A stretch of DNA of 64,000 bases. Origin: Ancylonema sp. Lineage: Eukaryota. Both the position numbers and the translations under genes were made by a program. The DNA lies in the NCBI GenBank assembly GCA_050230475.1, contig JBFLGF010000080.1:1-64000 (forward strand). Reading direction: 5' to 3'. Below, piece by piece: positions 26,277 to 38,117 of the stretch (position 1 is the stretch's first letter; every line of letters starts with the position of its first letter). The notes beneath the pieces were generated by a model, which did not search any database, was not told the DNA's origin, and saw nothing but the letters and a program-made list of their open reading frames with translations.

Positions 26277-29200
26277 ATGGCCACTGTAGCAGTTCCGCAG
26301 CTGAGTGTAAATGCAGATACACTAGCAGGTCGATACCAGTGTACCTCGATATGTGGAAATCCGAATTCCACATTGATATCAAATTCCAGGTACCAAGTGC
26401 GAACTGTATTATTCAATACTTATTTGTGTTTCGGAGGTAACCTTGAATGAGCATTCTCGCTTTGAATTCTAGTCACTGACTGCCGTTCTCTAGATCGTTG
26501 TCGCGGGTATCACGGTCGGCCTCACACACACATCCCTCGCTCAAAAGATTCCTAGCAGATGTCTCTAGACACATTTTTGCCGCCACATTTGATACTTACT
26601 GTTACTCCGTTGATGTTTTCAAGAGAGGAGCATGATTTTTAATGGTCAGGCAGTAGGGTCGCATGGTCTTAACAGCAAGAGGACTGTGTGCAGACTATTG
26701 TCGCCGAATTTTTTTCGGCATCAAAGGTTGTGGGCGAAGCAAAGCAGGCCGTGTAAACAGTCCTCCATACAAACAAGAGCAGTTTCTGGTGGAGACATCG
26801 AGCAATGGAACACGGAGGCTCGGGACCAGAGACTCAAGCACCTGGAGGAGCAAGCTCTGTCGACTTTGAAACATGCCCTTGAAAATTTTGATCACCCCAT
26901 CTTCCCCTGCGCCCTCATTGCCGGGGACGTGGTAATAAATTCCCGCCAAGCTCATTCCTCCTCTCTTTCCCGCTTGATTAGTACCGTTTCTTCATATGTA
27001 TATGCTTCTCGTACTCTTGAATATCACATCAAGGTCTCGAGTTGGAACAAGGATCCTTGATCCTCTCCGCTCGCATTCTTGTCAGGTTCTGAAGGTCGCA
27101 TCCACGGTCAGTGGACTGATAACGATTCATCTTTCATTTTCTGTCTCCCATTCTCAAACTTCATGCGATGACACCTCGAGTGCTGATTCCCGCAGGTCCT
27201 TCTCGACCTCTTTCACAAGTTGGGAGCTTTCAAAATGGAGAAATTCAAGGTCGTGTTCATCGACACGTACCATTTGTTCCCTGAAACATACCAGTTCCTA
27301 GCAGAGTGCGAGGTGAGACAGCTCCCATTCCACCACGAGCTCTTCTCTCTGACTCACATCCACTTTCAAAAACTTGGATGCCTCTTCATGTCCCTTCCGC
27401 TCCTCTTTGTCCCACTCATCCCTTCTGAGGGGAATCCCAAGCCACCTGGACAGAGGCCTCAGAGTTGTCTGTATATAGACTACAGGACTGAAAGGAATCC
27501 GTATCTTGCCCACATCACATCACATTAGGGGCACAGAGACATCAACGTGTTTGATTGCTCGAGTGGGTACTCGATTGTTTTGAGTGACATGGAGAAAATG
27601 TGTGGATTGGCTCCATAAACTTCCCTCCCTCTTGACCCCTTGATAAGGTCAAAGGGTGGAATGATACGAGAATCAGGGCTTCCATGGCATGGCACCCTGT
27701 GGTGACTGTGGCAAGATGTGATTGACCCACACTGAGTTACGCACATTCGGTACCAACGGTTGTTCAGAAACATGGTACGACCCTGAGGCCTGTGTGCTCA
27801 TCACTAAGGCGGGCTCACAACGCTTTTTCTGTCTATTCTTACTCCTTCTTTATCTCTGTACCCTACTGTGGTGCAGGAAAGGTACGGGTTCAAAGCCGAG
27901 GTGTTCCACGCAGCAGATATGAACTCGAAGGACGAGTTCAACGCCAAATTCGGATCTGATCTCTTCATTGTGGTGAGGCCACAAGGCGAAGAACGATGGG
28001 AAGGAAATTGGTTTTTTTTTTTAAATGTATAGAATAAGAATAATATCAATTTCATCCCCCTCCCCCGGCAATCGCTCATCCTCCATTCCGTCCCTTCCTT
28101 CCGCACCTTTCCTCGCCCACGTGTCCCACTGTCCGCCCGTCCTTCCATGTCAAACGAACTCTCCCCCCGTGCCAACAAGCAGAAGCCGTTGACGATGGGT
28201 GGGGCGGTCAACACTGGACTGTGGACTGTGGACTGTGGACTGTGGACTGTGGACTGTGGACTGTGGACTGTGGACTGTGGATGGGAAGAAATAGATGGCA
28301 TGTCCCACCCTCCCCATCCTTTCTCCTCCTCTGCCATTGGTGGGTTGGTGTCCCTCTGTCAGGACATTGACGAGTACGACAGGATTTGTAAAGTGGAACC
28401 GTTTGGTCGCGCTCTAAAGACGCTCTCCGTGGACGCCATGATCAACGGGAGGAGAAGGGACCACGGGGCGGACCGCGCGCAACTAGAGGTAAACAAACAA
28501 AACGGCAGGCCTTGGGACGACGTCATCATGATGTCGTCATCGGGTCACCAGGATGACGTCATCATGGCTTGTGATCGGGGCTCCCTTCTTACCTCTATGA
28601 TGCCACCTGAGTGACCATCCGTTTTGCCGCTGTTTCTCCAGACTGCCTGCCGTGCTAACAGTAGGCAGAATGCGTGACAGAGCCGGCAGAAAGAGAGGTC
28701 AAATGAGTTTTGGGTGGGTAGTGTAGTGAGGAGCGGCTGTCTGGGTTGGGTTCAGGTGTTTGAGGGGGGCGACATGGTGAAAGTGCAGCCCCTAGCCTAC
28801 TGGGAGTTCCGGTAAGACAAACACCCCACTCCCACTGCCTGCCAGACCGACAGCTGTCCGCATCCCTGACTCCCAAGGCTGCCTGTGCCGATGGCGGGCT
28901 GAACTTTTTTGTGGCAGTGACTGTTTCGCCTACCTTGAGTCCCACGGCCTCCCTGCGCATCCCCTCCACTCCCAGGGCTTCCCCAGCGTGGGCGATTTCA
29001 TGACCACGCTGCCTGTGCCAAAGGACAAGTGGTTCGAATACGGGGGGGAGAGGGCGGGGAGATTCACGGTCAGTCAAGGGACCAACGGGTCAAAGGGGTC
29101 AAGGGGTGAAGGGGTCAAAGGGTGAAGGGGTGAAGGGGTGAAGGGGAATTCGGTGCTTCCAAAAAGGGTTTCGGGTTTCAGTGGTCCTTGAGTGGGCCCA

Positions 29201-29502
29201 GGTGGCCTGAGTCATTTGGTCCTGGTGTGTTTGTGTGTGTGTCAGGGTCTGACCAACAAGGATGGGTCCGAGAAAACGGAATGCGGGATCCACGTGGGGG
29301 ACGCGCGGGAGGTGAGCGCCCGGGAAAGGATCAAGGGTTGACAAGGGGATCTGAATACTCATGGCTGTGTGCCGCTCGGTTTTAGATCCAAGGGGAGTGA
29401 ATGAAAGGAATTCCTGCCAAGGATCCTGGCGCACGGGAATCGAACCCTGTTTGAATTCGCTCTTCTTGTCGTTCGCTGTGTGCGCAGGTAGCAAAAGTTT
29501 AA
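26277..29502 (+). CDS. Plastid-targeted APS/PAPS reductase, FeS-cluster-free type (APR-B/APR-C-like), ~8-9 exons
   Basis: Transit-peptide-like N-terminus, PCALIAGDV, VFIDTYHLFPETY, YDRICKVEPF, INGRRRDHG, KVQPLAYW, HPLHSQGFPSVGD, ERAGRF, KTECGIH. Exon 1 and the last mini-exon (29488-29502) are inferred; the alternative stop is 29341. Confidence 0.88.
28216..28281 (+). repeat. (TGGACTG)n heptamer tandem repeat, intronic, about 9 copies
   Basis: tggactgtggactgtggactg...; a short antisense copy (cacagtccacagtccacagt) lies at ~14121. Confidence 0.95.
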
Positions 29503-30974
29503 CGATACGTTGTTTTTAACAAACGGATGGATGAGTGGGACATACGTCCCACACAGTTTTCTATGAAGTCCTTCTTCTCGTGTTGGAGGCTCCAATGTAT
29601 TTCTACTAAAATAGTTGATTTGGAAGGCCGTGGTTGCATACCTTGTGGATGTGAACCTTCTGGGGTGGTTCATCACAAGTATAAAAAAAAAATGTAAATT
29701 GCAAAAATGCTAAATTGCTAAATTGCATATGTGCTCATATCTGCAGTCACCTGTAAACCATTACTACGAAGGTTCGTTCTAGAGTCAGCCACCACAAATT
29801 GATGTCCGGTTCAAATTTGTATGGCAACCAATTCTACGATATCAAGAGCGTCATCGTCAATCGCCACGTCATCGTGGGTGGCGAACAAGAGAATGTATGT
29901 AAACAGGTTTGTGGCAAGTATAGAATGCAATGAATTCTATTTGAGCCCAATTACACATCAAAATGTTTAATTTTGCGGTAATAAATAGTCACCATCAACT
30001 ACCAAACGGGTCAAGCTACAGATGGTCAACGTCAGGATGGGTGTGGATGTGTTTCCAGATTTGATAATATGAAGGCTTGCAACTCCTTGTCTCAAACTAT
30101 CTTCTAAATAATTTGTGTGCTTTTTTTTTTTTTTTTTTTTTTGCATGGCTACAATAGGAGGGGAAAAGTGGTGGGTCGTACTCTTACCTATGTGTGTCAT
30201 AACACATATTTTCAGACGAGTGTGCGCTTTACTAAGAGTATGGCATGTACCCATGTCACACAAATGCACACTTGCAATACAAAATCAACAATATTGGCAA
30301 TTCGTGCGTCAACAATCTTTTCAAGTCGTGCGCGCCGCATCTCGAGCACAATTTGAAACGTAATATTTGCCAATCCATATTAGGTACAGTGAATGCCCAA
30401 CCGCTTACGATTATGCAATTCATATTTGATCAATACGGTGTTTGTGGACATTGGTACTTTCATTGCCGCAACATTGATGCATGTTATGTGGACAAACCAG
30501 ACAATGGTGAACGTGGGAGAGATTTGAATGAGAAATGTTGGAGAGAATTTCGTCCCTCAAGGAGGGGGACACATGTATTTTTTTATGATATCTATCGTTT
30601 CGTGGACTGTTGCGGATTACATATACAAAGATAGTAAATGTAATCATCACATCCTCTTCACAAACATACAAAATCTTGTTAACAAATTACACAACCACGT
30701 ATTGAAAAAAAACACAACCACACGGGTAGCTCGCTCTTCTTTCCAAAGTTGAAATTAAACACCTTTCACTTTTTGTCCACCATTTGAAAAGAAAAATCAC
30801 GTAATAGATCGCCTAGATAATCTACAGTGCATTGGTCCTCAAGCCCCCCTTCCTCCCCGATAGTTTAGATAGCCCCCCTTTGTGTGTCTGCTTGTTGTGC
30901 ACTATCCGATATTCTCCGGATTTCAAGTTGTTTTGGAGTATGTATGGTTCCAATTCATGTTCCTATGTATGGAG

Positions 30975-33900
30975 TTATCCGCCACCGATTCCGTTCCATC
31001 TCTCGCTGGATGGCACTGTAGGCCGCTTGGAGGGACGCCGGGGGTGGACAGTCATGAGTAGCCCGTATCGCATGAAGAGGGTAAGAGACATGGTGTAAGC
31101 TATCTTGTGGCCAGGCACAACTTTCAGCTTGAAATTTCGGAGTATTGTCGAGGCCACGGACTTCATCTGCACACAAAGAAGGGACACGTCTACAAAAGTG
31201 TAAGATCGCTGACTGCATCTTGCTCTTGCAAAAGTTATAATCAAAATGTGTTGACATAACGGCACGTGCCGGTTGTTACCCAAAAATGACATGGCCATCG
31301 CACTTCATGATTTGGGTGTCTTGCCCTTGCCGCACCTGAACATACGCCATGTCCTTCCCTAGGCACAAGCGTGGACCCGCATTGAATGCCGGGTACTTGT
31401 ACGGTGACTCGGGTCGAAATGCTCCATCGGGACCAAGGAATCGTCCAGGCCGAAATTCAGCCGCATCTTCACCCCATATCTTCACCATGCGGCCCATAGC
31501 GTAAGCCACGTAAGTGACCCGCCATCCCTTGTACACTCGTTGACCATCCGGGATAGTGTCATCATTAGCGACGTACCTTAAGAGCGTCAGGATAAAGCAA
31601 TCCAACAAGAATTAGTGGAAAACATAGTTGTTGGGTGTAGGCTATGAAGACGAACATACACGCCATCAATGCTATTTTGACGTGCATGAGTCCCCGTGGA
31701 TCGAGTTTTGTAGGCTTTCTAGTTCTTCTACGAGGGCTGCATGTCATGTCCTAAAAAAACAACGACCAACTACACATAATTGATGAGAATTGAAAACATG
31801 ATGTTGCACAATGATAGACAGACTTTGAAAAACAAATAAGCTAATTTTACGTCGCACCCCATCAGCCGCCTTGGACCAAATTATCCATTTGCAGTATGAG
31901 ACTCGAGTCAACTTTTCATTAACTAATGTAGCACCGTGACACGTCAAGCAAGGAAATTCCCGATCATAATCATTTGTATCTTACTTCGTGTCGACGGGTA
32001 CCGAGGGGTATAATCGCAGTGACTCCGTTAGGGCTGCCTGAATATAATGCATAGTCCTTAGCTCATCGAAGGAGAAGGTCTCGTCTCCCACACAATCTGC
32101 AAAATCGCAAATTGAAGGCGAGGGAGGGAGTCGCGTCGTTCGCAAGGGGAGGCTCACATCGACAAAAGGTTTTGAGATTAAGGCGGGGACAAAAAAACAC
32201 CACAAAATCGGGAAGGCACTCGATTCCGCATGCTAACGAGGAATATATGTTGTGTCTCCGGTTACCTCCACTTCTTGCATCCAAAATTCGATTGATCTCC
32301 TCCATGCACTTGGCCTCGACATGGGGATGCCACGTCAGCAACCAGAAGAACCAAGACAGTGCCACGGAGGACGTGTCTCGACCCGCTAATATGAAGTTGG
32401 TGCACGCGTCGCGGAGGAAGGAGTCCGAAAACTGGTTTCGAGAATCTTGCTCGTTCAAAATCATAAATCTGGAATTGTGAATCAGGAATCAAGTCGCCAT
32501 CATCTCACATTCAAGTTTGTACTCGTAAATCCAACGGCGATCATTCGTCTCGTAATCCCAACGATAACGTGCAAAAAAATATGCAATGTAAAGATATGGC
32601 GGCATGATATTTTGTTGGGCTGTCGAGTATTTGTCATCCACGGAAAATTGATTGGCAATTCATTTGATACTTTCATAGCAACACTATAAGAATATCGAAG
32701 AAATTGGAGAACCCAACGTTGTTCGCTACAAATGTATCCTCACCTGGACAGCAGATCCGTGTGCTTAGGGTTTCCTTCTTTTTGTTTGTCGGTGCTCCCC
32801 AAATAAGTGGCAACGCCGTTTTGTTCCGAGAGTTCTTGACGCCTCTTCTTGATGACGCCCGATGCGAACTCATTTATTTTCTGCAATAGATTCTTAAATA
32901 ATTTGGAAGGAATTTTTGAAAGGATTTTTTTTATACAGTAATCGATACTTGGGTTGACTTAATACACCTTGGTAATTATACCGTCAAGTTTACCCGACAT
33001 CTCCCCACTTCATCTCAATCTTCAATCCGCAAGATAAAAAACTGAATGCATCAAATATATTTTACGTGTCGATCGCGGGTAAAATGCATGCGAAAGAGGG
33101 TACACACGGGGGCGATTATTTTTCAATTATTTTATGTCCTGGATCGATTCCTTACTTCAACGGCGTCTGTGAGGTGTTTCTCCGTTCCCAACTGAAACTT
33201 TTGACGAAGTCGCCACAAAAGTGGGGGAAGGATGTTTCGGACGAGGGTGGCCTGCCATCAATACAGCGAATGAACCCTTGGTAGGATTCTGATTAACTAT
33301 CCTCAACTGTCCTCACAAGAAAACGTCATCATCGGTCCCAGCAAATAAAGAAAGATCAAGTAGATAGAGATTGAACACACAACGATCATCTATGATCGAT
33401 ATTTGCTATAAAAAACTCGTCGCCAAACGTGGAAAGAGCTTTTGTCCATTTTCTTTTCAAATATCCAAAACGATTTGCTCTCCTCATTTTTAAGATCACG
33501 TGTAGTGAACGCAATTGTGTTTTGAATCGTCAATTTTTCACCTTCGTCGCTATGTCGAACGCACTAGCGAAGGGGATATCCGGAAGTCCCGGTGCCAGGC
33601 AGCCAGGATCGACACCAAATCCGATTCTGCAGATGTTGTCGAAAGTGTACCGGAGGAGCAACTCCTGGACGTCAATAGCACGGCCGGAACTCATAGCCTG
33701 CAAATCAAATTCCAGTTAAAAAAGTCAGCATGCCTGTATACGACCCATGTCGACAACAGCCTCGTAAGTAGTCAAATATTGACCAAAAGACATATGTTTG
33801 GATTTGATTTACAGGCTTAACACCAATGCTAATAACATTATTGACACCGACTTTAAATCCGCAGTGCACTCAGATCCCTACGCCCACCTCTCGCAAGGTT

Positions 33901-35400
33901 GGCAGCAACCTCTGCGAAACTTCGTCCCGGACAGCAGTGACGGTCAAATCCCGCAGTGACCCCGCTGAGAATTCAAGACTCGCCGTCTTTCGCTGCGTCT
34001 TCCACGCGTCGCCATCGCTGTTAAATATGCCGTGGCCCAGAAGATCCCGAAAGGATTCCTACAGTAACACGGAAATTCATGATTGTTATGTCGGTGATAG
34101 TGTAAAATTATTTGCTACTGTTTAACAAAATCAGACCGAATCCAGGTGCGACAGGCAAGGCAGTACCCTGTTTACGTTCACGGAAGGCGACATATTATAT
34201 TACCTCAAACGGTGGATATCCATTCATGCCAGTACGGTGTTGACATAGAAGACTCGTGACTCCTGCGTTATCATTTTATTTTATTTTTGAAAAAACTCGT
34301 CGATATTTGAAAAACATTCGGGTATTCTGATCACATAGTCTCTCGTTCGCTTGATTGTGGTGCACTGTGAAGGCACATAAATGGGGCTAAGATTATGGTG
34401 AATCGAATATCTATTTCAAATTGAGCTGTACTAGGTCATCAGCATTACATATCATGACAAAATAATAGTAATTGATTATAATCACTATCGCGGTTTAACT
34501 ATCATCCAGGTTCTGAAGCTGCGCATAATAGTGTCCCAGTGACGGTGCTACCTGAAACTCTGGGCCCTATGGATAATTCAAAAAGTTTGTCTTCAACACG
34601 TGCTCCAGTATGTTAGGATCAGCGGTTACAATTTCATTCAATCCGAGGGCCTTCGAGAAAAATGAGCTCGAACTTGAGCGCTGCATGCAGATAGGAACGA
34701 AAATACAAAAAAGGAACCATTAGACGAAACAAATCACGATAGTTCTGGATGTTTTACAAACGAGCAGAACAAGTATGGAAGGAGAAAATGGAATCGGTTC
34801 AATCGGTACCGATTTCTACGATGAAATTTGTTATAAAAAACCGTCACCTGATCCTACATTCTTTCCATCTCCGCACTATGTTTCAGAGTGGATGCATGTA
34901 ACACTATCGTGAAGCTGGTCGAACCGATGTAGACCGGGTACAGAAACACAAATGGTAAATCCTTCGACTTCAAGAAGCAAGGTGAAATAAGTCCCAGCAT
35001 GGATTATATGTCAGTTGAGACTCGCCATGTACAGCCGTAACATACATCTGAATAGGATATTCATACCATTTCCTTTGTCTCGGATGATCCCTGGTGAGAG
35101 CAATAAGAGGATAAGACACGCAGTTTCAGACAAAACATGAACGTGCAAACAAAAATATTATAGTTATATATGTTGGTGTCAGCTTACCGCAAGAAACTCT
35201 GTTGACATGTCGTAGAGGCGATCTTTATTCCACACGATTGCGGGTATACATCCGACAACAGGCCAAAGAACTGGACCAGGGACGTTGGTTCCGTGGCGAA
35301 CAAAGTGATGGATCATGGACACAGTCAGAACGACGAAAATCAAACCAGCCACAGTAAAATTTTCTCGAACGCACTCACTCAAGTGGCTCAGAAGATCCAT
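30975..35400 (-). CDS. Cytochrome P450, clan 86 (CYP86/CYP94/CYP704-like fatty-acid omega-hydroxylase family), 10 exons. One in-frame TAG at 34567-34569; possible recent pseudogene.
   Basis: N-terminal membrane anchor + [23 protein letters not shown]-helix [20 protein letters not shown] (ExxR), heme motif [10 protein letters not shown]. Exons join in frame through GT-AG introns. PERF reads PGRF. Confidence 0.9.
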
Positions 35401-37769
35401 CGTTTCCTATTTCCTTCGAGACACTACCCTAAGCATCCATGTTCCAATAACAATGGATCTGAAGCTAGGTCTTGCTGTGCAATTTCCAGTTTACATTCAG
35501 ATATTGTTCTCACGGATTTTCCAGCTATTGAATTTCTGACGAGTACGAATTTGACTGAAAGAGTCGACCTAGTAACGTCGCTATCAGAAAGAGCTTTACT
35601 CGGTAATGCAGGCGTATACTCATCGAAGTCAAACGACAATGACGAGTCTACTTGCGATACATTGTTCTCCGATGTAATCCCATAACATTCGGTAAATCTG
35701 GCAACCACGTGCCCTTCAAATATGCATGTCATACGCCTGTAGATGTCGTTGTCATGCTAACTAAAGTTCGAGCGACTTTGTCGGCCAGTGGTGCGCTGTA
35801 ACATTGAGCCCGCGGAAGGAATCTGGCAGCCTGGCATTATGGAAGATGACCCCGCTTTTGGTGGAAATTATTGCTTCGTTATCGATGTCTACTATGGAAT
35901 TGATATGCCACGTATAAGAGTTAGGGGAACCAATAGCATGGAGGATATTGAGAACCAATTTGTGATTCCATATACTCTTGCGAATTCGTATTGAAAACTA
36001 TAGCGACTTTAACACGGGAATAACTAACTACCCATCGGTATGAAACGATGATATTTTGTAATAACTTATTCAAAAATATGGTACGAATGCGGGATACAAG
36101 AAAATTATGGCGTGATCCTATTTTGGAAGATACCGATGCAAAGCGATATTTTATGTACGCGTTACGTACAGCAACGATCCGGCGTTTTAGTTGGGTCAAA
36201 ATATAGTCATTCTCAAAATTGATTTTCTCGTCAATTGTGTCGACATGTGAACCAATCAGTTTGCCCCATAAGAAAATGGTTCATGTAACTTAGGAAATTC
36301 AAGGTTGTGTACATTTTGTGGTATGAGCCATTGAGCCGACTCTAGTCTCATCTCGTTGAACCACTATTACATCAAATAAATGCTTCTACTTGATTATAGT
36401 TGTTTCATCGATGGCATACCACTTCCCATGTGGTCGTGGGAGTGGTTGACAAAACTTTCAAGCTCGTCAACATATCGACGTCCCAGTACTGTGCACATGT
36501 TCGAGTGTTGATCATTTACATTTTGGTTCCAATGCATTCGCAAGATTTGAAGATTGACGCTTATTAACTCGGTCACATCGATGAGTGGTGTAACTTTGAA
36601 TAAAGAAGATGTTTTGATGTGTGAGGATGTTTGTGTAACTTCAAATCGAAACGAAAGCAAGGCATTTCAGAATTTTTAACAAGGTATGAACCGATGGAAA
36701 ACGTAACAATAACGTTCACGTACAAGCACACGTGTGCTTCTCGTATTGAGCCTCAATGATATCTACGCGCCAATTGGTAACAAAATCGCTCTATAGCACG
36801 GACATATATTTACATCATACCCTTGTGACAATTCATGAGTTGATCGGAACCCCCAACGTCAATCATCGATAAGTCTAAACGGCAAAAATGACGACGCGAC
36901 GACTACTCGCTCAAATCATTCAAACTCGTCATTTTCACGGTCAATGATTCGAATCGACGGACGAAAGTTGGCGCACATATGAAGTAGTACGATACCGAGA
37001 CAAAAAACGTGACATTGAGGAAAATATCGACTACTCGATTCGGGAAACAACGGGAGCGGGGCGGAATCGTTGCCATAGTTGGGAAAATTGTTACAAAGAC
37101 CGGGTTATGTTGAAAGTAAATAACGTTGGGAACTCCATCCATAATTAGACATATCGACTTCCACCCGTGAGGCCGACCCCACTTCGGTGGGAGGCGCTTG
37201 GACGGTTCAAATGCTTTAGGGCGGAAATTGGGCTTCAACGTTTGTTGCGCTTGTTGTATGTAATCAATAGACGTCATAGTGTTGTACTACTGCTTTCGTG
37301 GCTATGATTCGTATGGTTATGCTTCGGTGCTCATGGCAATAATTGGAGGAGGATGTAACTCTAAAACACAAGTTATACATGAGGGGGGTAATATTGATTG
37401 CTATAATGTATAGTGTCTGTTTTCACTTTTGTGTGAAACATGACGTTATCTCGATTTCGACCACGAAATGAAAAATAAATCACTACACCAGCGATACAAC
37501 AGTGATGATGATTAGATGTTTCATGAATTGGTGAACACATAATTGAGGCCTCCAGGTTAACTACTCGAAGTTTGAGAGCCTAGATCATGAGCCCTGGACT
37601 AGGAACGCAAATCAATTGCCACAAGATTTGCGGTACAAGTGTAATGGCCAATTCTCGTCAGATTTGAGAGCATACGCGAAAGGAAATGAAGGAAATGTCT
37701 CATTCTTCCCCACGAAATAGTTTTTTTTTTTTTTTAAATACACAAGTGAGTCGGAAATATTAACATATC

Positions 37770-37800
37770 AAGCCCATGAGCCCATGCGCCCATGGGCCGT
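37770..37800. promoter_or_regulatory. Clustered site-II-like (GCCCA/TGGGC) motifs upstream of the mannosidase gene
   Basis: aagcccatgagcccatgcgcccatgggccg lies ~320 bp upstream of the ATG. Site II is a known plant housekeeping promoter motif; function here is inferred. Confidence 0.4.
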
Positions 37801-38117
37801 TAAACTCATGAGTTCCGGCTCCGAGCTCCGCCTCTGTGCTCGGTTTCGGGCTCCCAACCAGGCTGAGGGCACCAGCGAGAGCCCAGACTTCGCTTCGGGC
37901 TGATCAATTTCCCCTCGGCCCAGACATCATGCAGTGAGACAGTAATATTCTCTGAGCCTCAGTCATTTTCTCGACTCAGAGACGCTTGGCTCGATTCGTT
38001 GGTGCCAAACTTCGTGCCGAGTCCTTCGTGGTGCCAATCCAAGATTGAATCCTGCAATTTCTTGCCGGGGGCAGTAAATGGAGATGGTCTGAGGGGAATG
38101 TTAGGCACGTCTGGCCG

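Noticed and set aside
28216..28281. CRISPR-like or telomeric array
   Set aside because: Spacer-less heptamer microsatellite in an intron; not a TTTAGGG-type repeat. No CRISPR, rRNA or tRNA was recognised in the window.
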